Source: Promethearchaeota archaeon
Lineage (GTDB): Archaea; Asgardarchaeota; Lokiarchaeia; Sigyniarchaeales; SOKP01
Reading direction: 5' to 3'
Assembly (NCBI GenBank): GCA_048938855.1
Contig: JBHLLT010000001.1
Span: forward strand, 470,541-534,540
DNA length: 64,000 nucleotides
Made by a program: the position numbers and the translations under genes. Of the stretch, positions 49,326 to 59,310 are shown in pieces. Positions within the stretch are counted from its first letter, which is position 1, and each line of letters opens with the position of its first letter. Under the pieces are notes generated by a model. That model worked only from the letters and a program-made list of their open reading frames with translations, did no database searches and was not told the DNA's origin.

Positions 49326-50876
49326 ATGAATCTAAGAGAATTAGTGGAAGAACAAGCGAAAAAATATAAAGATAAAGTATTTTTGTATTGGAATGACATA
49401 ACAATCTCTTATTCTCAATTGAATGAGCTCACCAATAAAGTAGGGAACTTTTTATATGATTTAGGCATCAAAAAAGGAGATAAAGTGAGCGTTTATTTAC
49501 CTAATATGCCAGAATATGTATATTTATATTTAGGTATTCCTAAAATAGGTGCGGTCACAGGTCCGGTAAATGCGTTATTTAAACCGAGAGAAGTAAAATT
49601 TGTAGTAGGGCATTCAGAAGCTAAAGCCATTATAACTATTCCAAAATTTATGGAAATGATAAATCAGATTAAGGAAGATCTTCCCAACTTGGAACATATA
49701 ATCTTAATTGGAGATAGAAAAGAAGGAACATTAAATTTTCATGAATTATTAGAAAAAGCATCATCAGATCCTCCTCCAAAAGTAAAAATTAAAGAAAAAG
49801 AAGATCCTGCCGCTATACTATATACATCAGGTACTACTGGGTTTCCGAAAGGAGTTTTACAAACTCATTTTAATATTCGTCGTAATGCTGAAATGATACG
49901 GGATTTCATGGATGCTAAGGAATATTATCGGTTCATGTTGATTTTGCCCTTATTTCATGTGAATGCTCAAATAGTAACTGTCATGGCGCCACTTACAACT
50001 GGAGCAAGTTGTATATTAACACCTGGATTTTCAGCTCAAACACATTGGGAAACCGTTGCTAAGTATAAGGCATCTACTTTCAGTTGTGTTCCCACTGTAC
50101 TCTCTATTTTATTAAGGATGCCACATGAAAATTTAGATCTTTCTTCATTAGAGTTTATTATTTGTGGTGCTGCTCCATTACCTGTGGAAGTGTTCAAGGA
50201 ATTTGAAAAAACATTTAATTGTAAAATAGTAGAAGGTTATGGTTTGACGGAGGGTACATGTGCTTCTTCAGTTAATCCTTTACCCACAGAAACAGAAGAT
50301 AGACGAAAAATAGGAAGTATTGGAGTTCCTTTACCCGGAAATGAAATGAAGATTGTCAATGAAGATGGAAAGGAGGTTTCTCCAAATAATAAAGGTGAAA
50401 TTGTAGTTAAGGGAGATAATATCATGAAAGAATATTTTAAAAATCCTGAAGCTAACATAGAAACTCTCAAGGATGGTTGGTTATATACCGGAGATATAGG
50501 ATATATGGATGATGATGGGTTTTTCTATATAACAGATCGTAAAAAGGATATGATAATTCGAGGAGGAGAGAATATTTATCCTCGGGAAATTGAAGAAGTG
50601 ATTTATTCTCACCCAGCTGTTTCATTAGGAACTGTCATTGGAGTAAAAGATGATATCTATGGAGAACTTCCTAAAGCATTTATCGTATTAAAAGAGGGGG
50701 AGTCCACTAATGAACAAGAGATTATTGATTATTGTAAACAACATTTAGCTGATTTTAAGGTACCAAAATACGTGGAATTTAGAGATGATCTACCTAAAAC
50801 TCCTACTGGAAAGATAATGAAACAACCTCTTCGTGAAGAAGAAGAAAAAAAAACTGGTAAAATCTTTAATTCTTAA
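49326..50876 (+). CDS. fadD: Long-chain-fatty-acid--CoA ligase (AMP-forming)
   Basis: YTSGTTGFPKG, EGYGLTE, GWLYTGD, DRKKDMIIRGGENIYP, LPKTPTGK. Confidence 0.9.
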   Translation: MNLRELVEEQAKKYKDKVFLYWNDITISYSQLNELTNKVGNFLYDLGIKKGDKVSVYLPNMPEYVYLYLGIPKIGAVTGPVNALFKPREVKFVVGHSEAKAIITIPKFMEMINQIKEDLPNLEHIILIGDRKEGTLNFHELLEKASSDPPPKVKIKEKEDPAAILYTSGTTGFPKGVLQTHFNIRRNAEMIRDFMDAKEYYRFMLILPLFHVNAQIVTVMAPLTTGASCILTPGFSAQTHWETVAKYKASTFSCVPTVLSILLRMPHENLDLSSLEFIICGAAPLPVEVFKEFEKTFNCKIVEGYGLTEGTCASSVNPLPTETEDRRKIGSIGVPLPGNEMKIVNEDGKEVSPNNKGEIVVKGDNIMKEYFKNPEANIETLKDGWLYTGDIGYMDDDGFFYITDRKKDMIIRGGENIYPREIEEVIYSHPAVSLGTVIGVKDDIYGELPKAFIVLKEGESTNEQEIIDYCKQHLADFKVPKYVEFRDDLPKTPTGKIMKQPLREEEEKKTGKIFNS

Positions 50877-50901
50877 TTCAAATTTTATTTTTATTTGGGA
50901 A

Positions 50902-52914
50902 TTAAATTTTATTTGCAAGCTTGTAAGCTCTATGAATTGCTTCTAAAACTGTTTCTGGTTTCCTGACATCCCCAATTTTTTCTACTTTAAGAGATTCTAG
51001 CTGTTTTATTTCTTTATAAAGAGAATCATTCGGTTGTACTCCAGTAGCATAATATACTATGTCTATATCATTAATGATTTGTTCGTTATCTCTTGTATCA
51101 AGATAACTGACAAAATTCTCTCCAATTTCTTTAACCCTGATACCAGTATGGAATTTAACACCTAAAGCATCACACTTATCAAGAAGAACCCATTTTGTTG
51201 TCTTACCTAAAGCTGAACCTAACTTTGGTAGTTGTTCTAAGACAGTTACTTTATTCCTCGCGTTATGTAGCATATTTAATGCTGTATTTGGATCTAGAGC
51301 TTTGTAGGAAGTGAGAAAATCAAATGCTTCAAGACTCAAAGCACCATACTTGGCTAAATAAATAGCTAATTCGATACCTGTTGCGCCTCCACCGATGATT
51401 ACATTATTTTTACCGACAGGAGCATCCATACTAAAGACATCATTAGCCCAATAAACATTTTTTCTTTCAATGCCGGGAATTGGGGGTTTTATAGGCTTTG
51501 CACCAGTTGCTATAAAAACTACATCAGGATTGAATTGGTTAACAGTATCTATTGTGACTTCTTGGTCAAGATGTAGGTGGATTCCATATTTCTGAATCCA
51601 ATAAGAATAATTATCAATCAATCTCTTGAATTCATTTCTACCAGGAGGAATCCAAATTATATTTATTAATCCTCCAATCTTATCATCTTTCTCAAAAATA
51701 TGAACTTCATGGCCTCTCATTGCCGCAACTCTGGCAGCTTCCAATCCTCCAGGACCCGCACCAATGACCATTACCTTCTTTTTTACCTTAATTGGTTTTA
51801 ATTCGGTTCTAGCTTCATTTCCCGCTCTAGCGTTTCTTAAACAAGATACTGGAACCATTTTAAAAATAGCATCAAAACATCCTTGATTACATCCAATACA
51901 GGACATAATATCGTGAAGTTCACCTTTTTTAGCTTTTAATGGCAAATAAGGGTCAGCAACTAATGCTCTACCCATACAGATGGCATCTGATTTTCCAGTC
52001 ATTAAAATTTGTTCAGCTAATTTAGGATTATTAATTCTATTTGATGCAAAAACTGGGATGGATATGCAACTCTTGATATTTTCAGCTAAATATGTATAAC
52101 ATCCTTCTGGAACATCCATTGTCGTTTGTGGAGTTTTAGTTTCATGCCAGCCACCAGTAACATTTAAATAATCTAAAAATTTAGATAAGCTTTCAGCTAT
52201 CAAAGCTTTTTCTTTATAGGTGTTGCTTTCTGGTACAAAATCATCTCCAGAAATTCGATATCCAATCGGAAAATCATTTACACTAGATCTCATTAATTCA
52301 AGAGTTTCTATGGGAAATCGTAAACGATTCTCAAAATTGCCACCATATTCATCAGTTCGTCTATTTGTTTTTGGAGATGTAAATTGACTAAACAAATAAC
52401 CAGCATTAGCACATATTTCTACTGCATCGAAACCTGCTTTCTTTGCTCGAATAGCTGCATCAGCAAATGCTTGCTGCTCTGTTTTAATATCTTCCAGAGT
52501 CATTTCTCTAGGGGTTGTTTTACTGAAATTACTATACACAGCGGAAGGCGCAATGGGAGCTTTACCAATTATTTGTGGAAATGTATATGCCCCACTATGG
52601 TATAATTGACAGACAACCTTGACATCATCTCGAGCATTATGTAGTGCTTCTGTAAACTCTGTTAGTTTTGGAATATAATCATCGTTTTCAATTGAAATCA
52701 TCATAGGAACTCCCTTTGCATAAAGATCTATGTAACATCCCCCAACAATTAACATCCCAGCACCACCTTTTGCTCTTTCAACATAGAAATCAATTAATCT
52801 CTTAGTAATAAAACCGTTATCGGCTAGGTTAAGATTTAAAGCAGGCATTACGATACGGTTGGAGACCATCATATTCCTAATTTTAAAAGGTGTAAACAAT
52901 TTAAAGAACTTCAA
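50902..52914 (-). CDS. fadH: 2,4-dienoyl-CoA reductase-like flavoprotein (OYE TIM barrel, 4Fe-4S, FAD/NAD domains)
   Basis: NRIVMP, ERAKGG, GYLFSQF.SP..N.R.DEYGG, GWHE, CIGCNQGC..C, GAGPGG. Confidence 0.85.
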   Translation of the reverse strand: MKFFKLFTPFKIRNMMVSNRIVMPALNLNLADNGFITKRLIDFYVERAKGGAGMLIVGGCYIDLYAKGVPMMISIENDDYIPKLTEFTEALHNARDDVKVVCQLYHSGAYTFPQIIGKAPIAPSAVYSNFSKTTPREMTLEDIKTEQQAFADAAIRAKKAGFDAVEICANAGYLFSQFTSPKTNRRTDEYGGNFENRLRFPIETLELMRSSVNDFPIGYRISGDDFVPESNTYKEKALIAESLSKFLDYLNVTGGWHETKTPQTTMDVPEGCYTYLAENIKSCISIPVFASNRINNPKLAEQILMTGKSDAICMGRALVADPYLPLKAKKGELHDIMSCIGCNQGCFDAIFKMVPVSCLRNARAGNEARTELKPIKVKKKVMVIGAGPGGLEAARVAAMRGHEVHIFEKDDKIGGLINIIWIPPGRNEFKRLIDNYSYWIQKYGIHLHLDQEVTIDTVNQFNPDVVFIATGAKPIKPPIPGIERKNVYWANDVFSMDAPVGKNNVIIGGGATGIELAIYLAKYGALSLEAFDFLTSYKALDPNTALNMLHNARNKVTVLEQLPKLGSALGKTTKWVLLDKCDALGVKFHTGIRVKEIGENFVSYLDTRDNEQIINDIDIVYYATGVQPNDSLYKEIKQLESLKVEKIGDVRKPETVLEAIHRAYKLANKI

Positions 52915-53147
52915 TTTTAATCCTTAAGGTATTATTATTTTTAAGTAAGAAAACATGGTAATGTATTAAAATTTAATCAGAATTAGAAAAGAGGAGCTAT
53001 TTATTATACCTTTTAGTAGAAATTTTTGGTAGTTAAATTACTTAGCAAAAGCCTTTAGCATTTCTCTGGTTAAAGGGTGAAATAAATAGTTTTTTTATCC
53101 AAACATAATTATATTACTCAAAAATTAAATTTTTAAAGAGAAGAAAA

Positions 53148-53972
53148 ATGTCTGAGAATGCAGTATTAATAGAAGAAAATGAAGATAAGACCATAATAAC
53201 CATCACCATGAACCGATTAGATAAAAAAAATGCTATGAATTATGATATAATGGTTGGACTTCATAAAGCAATAGAGAAAGTCGAACGTACTAACGCTAGA
53301 GTTATAATTATCACTGGAGGAAACGATTTCTTCAGTTCGGGAATAGATTTAAATTTCTTAACTGGTCAAGAAAGAGATCCTGATGGAGTAATTCCTGATT
53401 TAAGGGTTGTAAGGAATTTTAGATATTTTGCAAACACATGGATTCAGCCAATATTCACTAAAATTGAAAAGATGGAAAAACCTGTAATTGCTAAAATAAA
53501 TGGTTTTTGCTACGGAATGGCATTTGAGTTAGCTTTAGCCTGTGATTTTCGATTCTGTACTGAATCTGCTGATTTCCATATGTTAGAAACAAAAATCGGT
53601 ATGAATCCTGATGTAGGTGGTACCATAAGGCTAACTAGGCTAGTAGGTATTCAAAATGCAAAAGATATCATTTTGACTGGACGTAAGTTTGATGGAAACG
53701 AAGCTTATAGGCTTGGTGTTGTAAATCGAGTTGCAAAAAACCATGATGAATTAGATTCAATTATTAAAATGTACACTGATGAACTAATTGATTCCGCTCC
53801 CTTAGCAGTTGGGTTAGCAAAAAAGTTAATTGATGATTGTTATGGTAAAGACACCGCTTTAGGATTAGAATTAGAAACGCTTATAAGCTCACAATTGCTC
53901 CAAACTAAAGATGCCGTGTCAGGAGCTCTTGCCCGTCTCCAAAAAACAAAGCCTAAATGGCGTTGGAAATAA
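53148..53972 (+). CDS. Enoyl-CoA hydratase/isomerase (crotonase) family
   Basis: NR..KKNA, FSSGIDL, KPVIAKING.C.G...ELALACD, PD.GG. Confidence 0.92.
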   Translation: MSENAVLIEENEDKTIITITMNRLDKKNAMNYDIMVGLHKAIEKVERTNARVIIITGGNDFFSSGIDLNFLTGQERDPDGVIPDLRVVRNFRYFANTWIQPIFTKIEKMEKPVIAKINGFCYGMAFELALACDFRFCTESADFHMLETKIGMNPDVGGTIRLTRLVGIQNAKDIILTGRKFDGNEAYRLGVVNRVAKNHDELDSIIKMYTDELIDSAPLAVGLAKKLIDDCYGKDTALGLELETLISSQLLQTKDAVSGALARLQKTKPKWRWK

Positions 53973-53981
53973 AATCTTAAA

Positions 53982-54014
53982 TTTCAAGTTTTCTTTAATT
54001 TTCAAGTTTTCTTT
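53982..54014 (+). terminator. T-rich 15-bp direct repeat TTTCAAGTTTTCTTT x2 just after the crotonase stop; probable oligo-T terminator
   Basis: Copies at 53982-53996 and 54000-54014. Confidence 0.4.
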
Positions 54015-54136
54015 GTAAGATATATATTTATTAGGATTAGCGTGCTAATTATCTAATTCTAATATTTCAATATCTCTAGATCTCTATTTATAGTATTCTT
54101 GTTTAATAGTATATTGTTTATATTTGCTATATTAGT

Positions 54137-54210
54137 AATATTTATATTAGGTTGATGAATAGTCAATAAGGAGAATATTTATATTAAGTTGATGAATAGC
54201 AAATAAGAAG
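54137..54210 (+). repeat. Tandem 37-bp duplication containing a TATA-like box (duplicated promoter)
   Basis: AATATTTATATTAGGTTGATGAATAGTCAATAAGGAG / AATATTTATATTAAGTTGATGAATAGCAAATAAGAAG, 4 mismatches, no spacer. Confidence 0.85.
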
Positions 54211-54240
54211 AATAATGGATTTATGAAGGTTTTATAAAAT

Positions 54241-55248
54241 ATGAAAATTTTAGATGATGAAAAATTTATCAGAAATGTGGAAAGCTTAATTGATCCAAAG
54301 GAAGTTAGCTATTTGTATTTCTTCCAAGGATTCAAACGGCTTTTGCCTCGCTCCCTTTTTAAAAAAGTATTAAATAAGACTTCAAAAAAGACTCCCTACA
54401 TGGGTTTTGTAATTGAACCTTATAGTCTGTTTTTATTCTTTAAGCTTAAAAATATCGAAAAAGCAAAATCATTATTGCCGGAACGCTATGAGTTGAAAAA
54501 GACCAAAATATTTGCTGATGAAGAACCAGAACACTATTTGGGAATGGGGGTTTTCAATACCCGAGCAAGTACTTTTTGGGGTTCTAGGTTAGAGTCATAT
54601 CTCGTTGCGGAAGATAAAAAAACCGGTCTTATATCCTGGATTTTTATCGATATTCTGAGCAATACAATAATTGCTGTCCCTTCAGTAGGAGTTGCAGATA
54701 GAAACAGTAAAAATGCTATATATACGACTAGCTCAAAGGGAGATATACTACTGGATTTTAAAGAAGACACAACTGACCGACAGATAATCTTAACAGGTAA
54801 TATTACCAATGGAAAAATACGCAACCTCGATCAACCCCTTTGGGTACTAGGAAATACATCGATCGGTCATAGTAAAAAATATTCAGATAATAAAAATGAT
54901 GATACACTTGCCGTAATATTTGATCCTGCTGAAGTTGAAAAAGCTTTAGATATTCCTATTGAGGATATTCACTTAAAGCTTAATACACTTTTCCCAGATT
55001 TAGCAGAGCCGGAATTATGCAAAGTATTATGTTTCCCTTTCGCTCAACACTATATTGCCGACAGCCCAGGCTGCCGCACCTATATCAAAAATATCAATGA
55101 CATGATCGAGAATTATAACAAAATTGTAGATATGAAAGAAATGAAAACCTTCTCAACAAGAGGTATACAGAAAATGTTATTAATAAGTTTCTCTTTACTT
55201 ATTCTGAGCCTTATTTCCATATTAATTTTATTGATAATTAATCTATGA
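54241..55248 (+). CDS. Hypothetical protein, acetoacetate-decarboxylase-like fold, C-terminal TM anchor (paralog 1)
   Basis: PYMGFVIEPYSLFLFF, AKSLLPERYEL, TGLISWI, IFDP; hydrophobic C-terminus. Confidence 0.6.
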   Translation: MKILDDEKFIRNVESLIDPKEVSYLYFFQGFKRLLPRSLFKKVLNKTSKKTPYMGFVIEPYSLFLFFKLKNIEKAKSLLPERYELKKTKIFADEEPEHYLGMGVFNTRASTFWGSRLESYLVAEDKKTGLISWIFIDILSNTIIAVPSVGVADRNSKNAIYTTSSKGDILLDFKEDTTDRQIILTGNITNGKIRNLDQPLWVLGNTSIGHSKKYSDNKNDDTLAVIFDPAEVEKALDIPIEDIHLKLNTLFPDLAEPELCKVLCFPFAQHYIADSPGCRTYIKNINDMIENYNKIVDMKEMKTFSTRGIQKMLLISFSLLILSLISILILLIINL

Positions 55249-55283
55249 AGATGGATTTGAAAAAAAAAACAAGGTTTATCTAA

Positions 55284-56297
55284 ATGAACCAAGAAGAAAA
55301 ACGGAATTTTATAAAAAAGACAGAATCTCTTATAAAGCCTCAAGATGTAACTACTATTAGTTTTTTGAGCAGTTTCAGTAAAGTTCTTCCTAAAAAAACA
55401 CAGCATAAATTTTCGCAGAGCGGCAAGAAAAAAGTTCCTTATATGGGATTCATAGTAGATCCCTATAGTTTATTTCTATTTTTTAAGATAATAAATACTT
55501 CAGTAGCGAAAGACATGCTCCCCGATGGATATGAACTAGCAGAAGCCTCAATCTTTAAGGAAGATGCAAAATTTCCCATGGCAATTGCAAGCGTATTTAC
55601 CGCTCGAACATCCGCATTTATAGGTATGCGAGCCGAGTTTTATATTATTGCTCGTAATAAAGAAACTGGGTTGTTATCTTGGATTATTTGTGATTATGAA
55701 ACGAATACTAACAGCTATGACCCAAAAAATGGATTTTGTGGCTACACTTGTGATCCAGCCGTGTATACAACCACACCTTTTGGTGAGTTACTGGTTGATA
55801 TTAAGAATCCCACTAACAATAAAGAATTTATTGTATCGGTTGACTTAAAAAAAGGTGATTCAAGGGAACTGGACGAATCTCTCTGGATTGAAGGAAATCT
55901 TTGTGTCGATTATGGCGGAGAGGTAAAAAGTGATTTATCAGAGCCTTTCACCCTGCTTTTTGACCCAGATATGGTGAAAGAAGCGGTAAACATACCTTTA
56001 GAACAAGTTTCAATCAAGGCAAACTCCTATCTGGGTAATATTATTGATTCCTTTAAGCCAGTAAACGCTGTTATCTTTCTTTATAGCCAGCACTTCATTA
56101 TTAAGCAAGACCTGAAAAAGTATGAGGTTAAAAATCAAAACGAATTAGATCTTCAATTAAAGTCCTTCCTTAAAAGAACTGGATTTAAAGTCATGTCAGG
56201 TGATGATTTAAAAAAACCCATTTTTGGAATGGTCTTAATTTCTTATCTAATACTTATCAGCGTAAATGTATTGTTATTAATACTACTCTTCCTATAA
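55284..56297 (+). CDS. Hypothetical protein, acetoacetate-decarboxylase-like fold, C-terminal TM anchor (paralog 2)
   Basis: PYMGFIVDPYSLFLFF, AKDMLPDGYEL, TGLLSWI, LFDP; aligns end-to-end with the upstream gene. Confidence 0.6.
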   Translation: MNQEEKRNFIKKTESLIKPQDVTTISFLSSFSKVLPKKTQHKFSQSGKKKVPYMGFIVDPYSLFLFFKIINTSVAKDMLPDGYELAEASIFKEDAKFPMAIASVFTARTSAFIGMRAEFYIIARNKETGLLSWIICDYETNTNSYDPKNGFCGYTCDPAVYTTTPFGELLVDIKNPTNNKEFIVSVDLKKGDSRELDESLWIEGNLCVDYGGEVKSDLSEPFTLLFDPDMVKEAVNIPLEQVSIKANSYLGNIIDSFKPVNAVIFLYSQHFIIKQDLKKYEVKNQNELDLQLKSFLKRTGFKVMSGDDLKKPIFGMVLISYLILISVNVLLLILLFL

Positions 56298-56312
56298 GTT
56301 TGGGTAAAAATC

Positions 56313-57914
56313 TCATTTTTTATTTTTCATTAAATTCTTGGCAGCTGCCAATCCTGTAAGGATCGCAATGGGTATTCCAGAAGGACTATATACCCATTGA
56401 CCAGCTTGGAGTATATTTGGAATAGGAGTTTTCACAGATTTAGTCATTTTAAGAATTTCTTGCACCACAGGAATGGGATTTTCAAACGTCCACCCTGTTA
56501 TTGCTCCTTCAGAGCTCCCTACTCTGTTTGAAATGCTGATGGGTGTTAAAGAGAAACGAAATAGAATCTTATCCTTGATTTTCGGGTATATAGATTTTGA
56601 TAAAGTCTCTAGCATGCGATTCTCGACTTCTATTTTGAATTCTTCATACCATCCTCTCTCTTGGACCTTTTTCATAAGATCGTACTCAAAGAAAATGTTC
56701 ACTATTAATCCAGTCTTTCCTTTTGGAACTAAGGTGGGATCTCTAAGTCCTGGAATGGAAATCTCATATGTATTCAGTTGGCAATACTCGTCTAACCAAT
56801 CCATAATGGCTTCTCTGGGAGTTGATTCGAAATTTTTAATGATTTTTCTTAAAGTAGTCCAAGTTGATTCTCCTAAACCCTTTTTTGATGGAGTATAAAA
56901 AAAATGACCGTTCGAAATCGATTGAAATTTGTCAAGAGGTTCATCTATCCCTAGGAATAAAGAAAAGACTGAATCTCCGCCTCGATTCGATAGCAAATTA
57001 TCTTTTTGAATTGATATCTTGTGAGAAACTTTGTCCTCCAAATCACGGAATTTAAGAAATTGATATAAAGATTTCAAATCCGCGCACCAAATAAGTTTTT
57101 CATAGTTAAACATGTTTCCATTGATATCAGTTATCTTGTTTTCAGAAGGAATGATCTCGTGTATTTCTGTGTTATATAAAATTGATCCTCCCCAATCAAT
57201 GATTTTTTGCATTACACCTTCTGGAATTTTACCTGTACCCCCCTTTGGATAAAAATAATCAAGATAAGTGTGAAAATATCCTAGGGCAAAAAAAGTAGGC
57301 GTATTCTTGAAGAAATGTTGCGTCATAATATTGATAAGTGATTGGTTTGAAGTCATTTTTCTTAGAGTATCTTCAACCGGAACCTTCCTTCGATTTATCC
57401 GGCGAATAGCAAGAAGGAACTTGCCAAGATACGGGAGAAGTTCCTTAACAAGATAACCTATTTCGTTTTTCATGTCTCTGAAAATCGGATTATCAATCTC
57501 GTTTAGAATGGCCATATCTTTCAAGATTTTTTCGATTAACAAGAAAATTGCGGCAATTTCCTCTTTGTTATCGGGATACAGCTTTTCTAATAGGAACTGA
57601 TATTCATATATACTTTCTTTTGAAGTGAAGTGTAAAATTTCATTCTCAATACCAATCGAAACCGGACTTTTAAGTAGTTCAAGTGAAATTCCAAGGTCCT
57701 TTAAAAAGGGTCGCACGGCTCCTGAATTTTCAATAGATCTCGGACCAATGTCAAAAACAAACCCATCTTTTTTGATTGAACCTAGCAGGCCACCACAAGT
57801 TTCGTTCTTTTCAATTAAAAGAACATCATGTCCCGCCCTTGATAAATAGGCCGCAGCGGTTAACCCCGCCATCCCTGCTCCCACAATGATAACCTCATGG
57901 CTTGTAATTGTCAT
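56313..57914 (-). CDS. Phytoene desaturase (CrtI)/retinol saturase-like FAD oxidoreductase
   Basis: IIVGAGMAGLTAA, EK...GG, GFVFD.G, YPKGG, GAITGW, TPIPN...AGQW...GIP. The ATG at 57914 overlaps the SDR stop (ATGA); the track start at 57947 is probably too long. Confidence 0.85.
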   Translation of the reverse strand: MTITSHEVIIVGAGMAGLTAAAYLSRAGHDVLLIEKNETCGGLLGSIKKDGFVFDIGPRSIENSGAVRPFLKDLGISLELLKSPVSIGIENEILHFTSKESIYEYQFLLEKLYPDNKEEIAAIFLLIEKILKDMAILNEIDNPIFRDMKNEIGYLVKELLPYLGKFLLAIRRINRRKVPVEDTLRKMTSNQSLINIMTQHFFKNTPTFFALGYFHTYLDYFYPKGGTGKIPEGVMQKIIDWGGSILYNTEIHEIIPSENKITDINGNMFNYEKLIWCADLKSLYQFLKFRDLEDKVSHKISIQKDNLLSNRGGDSVFSLFLGIDEPLDKFQSISNGHFFYTPSKKGLGESTWTTLRKIIKNFESTPREAIMDWLDEYCQLNTYEISIPGLRDPTLVPKGKTGLIVNIFFEYDLMKKVQERGWYEEFKIEVENRMLETLSKSIYPKIKDKILFRFSLTPISISNRVGSSEGAITGWTFENPIPVVQEILKMTKSVKTPIPNILQAGQWVYSPSGIPIAILTGLAAAKNLMKNKK

Positions 57915-58873
57915 GCTAATCCGCCTAATTTTATACTTAAACCCCACAGCTCTTCTGCGACCTCCCTATCCAAAGCAGGAGGTGCAGGTTCTTCTTCCGC
58001 TGTAAGACGGTAAAACTTACCGCTCACTCCATTCATATCGTTTGATACACCAAGATAGTACAAAGCTTTAGCAGATATCTCAGGTGATTTTGCTGCTCGA
58101 TCAATAAGAAGATGTTTAAAAAATCGGTAACTTCGTCCATTGTTTTCTCCCATGTTTGTTTTTACACTCCCTGGATGCATCGCATTTATCGATACTCCGC
58201 TATCTTTGAAATATTCGTTAAATGAAATCATTGAAAGAAGCTGAGCTGTTTTGGCTTTCCCATAACTACGCAAACCTGAATAATGATGCTCTTCCCACTC
58301 AAGATCATCTAAACTCAATCCAAGAAGAGCAAAGCGATGACCTTCAGAATTTACAAATATAATTCTTGTATTACCCTGAGCTTTTAGTTTATCCTTTAAT
58401 ATATAATTTAGAATAAATGACCCTAGATAATCTACTTGGAAAACAAGTTCGATATTATCTTTAGTAAATATTTTTTTAGTAGAATAAACGCCCGCATTAT
58501 GGATAAATACATCAATATTTATATCTGAATCTAAAAGTTCATATCCTACTTTCTTTAAATCAGAAATGTGGGCAAAATCCGCAATCTTATATTCACATTC
58601 TACTCCAAAATCTTGACTAATTTCTTCGCAAACATTTATCGATTTTTCTTCATTTCGATTTATTAGTAGAAGATTAGCTCCATGTGAAGCATACTCCCTT
58701 GCAGTACAATAACCGATTCCAGAAGTCGCGCCCGTTATCACAACTAACTTTTCTCTAAAGTCTTCTTGGCATTCCTTTACCTCTGCCTTTTTATTCCTCC
58801 GCATTTGGCCCATTTGGCGCCAAAAAAAAGAATATTTAAAGTATTCTTTTAAATATTTATTCAAACAAATCAC
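57911..58873 (-). CDS. Short-chain dehydrogenase/reductase (retinol dehydrogenase/WWOX-like)
   Basis: ITGATSGIG, HNAG, VNSEGH, YGKAK (YxxxK), MHPG.V.T; GTGA overlap with the SnoaL gene stop. Confidence 0.9.
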   Translation of the reverse strand: MICLNKYLKEYFKYSFFWRQMGQMRRNKKAEVKECQEDFREKLVVITGATSGIGYCTAREYASHGANLLLINRNEEKSINVCEEISQDFGVECEYKIADFAHISDLKKVGYELLDSDINIDVFIHNAGVYSTKKIFTKDNIELVFQVDYLGSFILNYILKDKLKAQGNTRIIFVNSEGHRFALLGLSLDDLEWEEHHYSGLRSYGKAKTAQLLSMISFNEYFKDSGVSINAMHPGSVKTNMGENNGRSYRFFKHLLIDRAAKSPEISAKALYYLGVSNDMNGVSGKFYRLTAEEEPAPPALDREVAEELWGLSIKLGGLA

Positions 58874-59310
58874 CCGAACAATTTACTCATGAACTTTCGA
58901 TATCCTTTACCCAAAAATGGAATATTATCGAAGATATCCCCCCAGAGATCGTAATAATCTCTTTGGGAGATTATTTTCCCATTATCATTCAATGTCAGAC
59001 GACTTGCCCCGAATACCTTCGAATCAGGAGTTTTCTTAAAACTTAACCCCATCTCCCATTCAAAAAAAATGATGTTACCTTCAAAAAGAATGTTGACTAT
59101 TTTCATTCTTAAATCTTTAGATCGCTCAACTAATCGTGCAGTCATAGCTTTAAATTCTTTTATACCTCGAATTTCTTGAATAGTATCGCGAAAATATATC
59201 TTATCGTCATAATAGGGGAGGATATGCGACCAATCAGGTTTACCTTCGGTGTTGTAAATTTTAGTCCATAATTCAACAAATTGCTCTTTACTTTCAATTC
59301 TTAAGCTCAT
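58870..59310 (-). CDS. SnoaL-like / NTF2-fold protein (DUF2358-like)
   Basis: YYDDKIYFRD....I.G, EWEM, G.S.L.....GKI..QRDYYD. Confidence 0.85.
   Translation of the reverse strand: MSLRIESKEQFVELWTKIYNTEGKPDWSHILPYYDDKIYFRDTIQEIRGIKEFKAMTARLVERSKDLRMKIVNILFEGNIIFFEWEMGLSFKKTPDSKVFGASRLTLNDNGKIISQRDYYDLWGDIFDNIPFLGKGYRKFMSKLFG

Noticed and set aside
53982-54014. 15-bp direct repeat as a target-site duplication of a mobile element
   Set aside because: Both copies are on the same side of the block, there is no exact copy at the other boundary, and no integrase or transposase is present
54137-54210. 37-bp repeats as a mini CRISPR array
   Set aside because: Only two copies, directly adjacent with no spacer, and no cas genes in the window
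56313-57914. Carotenoid biosynthesis cluster
   Set aside because: No phytoene synthase, cyclase or prenyltransferase nearby; the CrtI-like fold alone does not establish carotenogenesis
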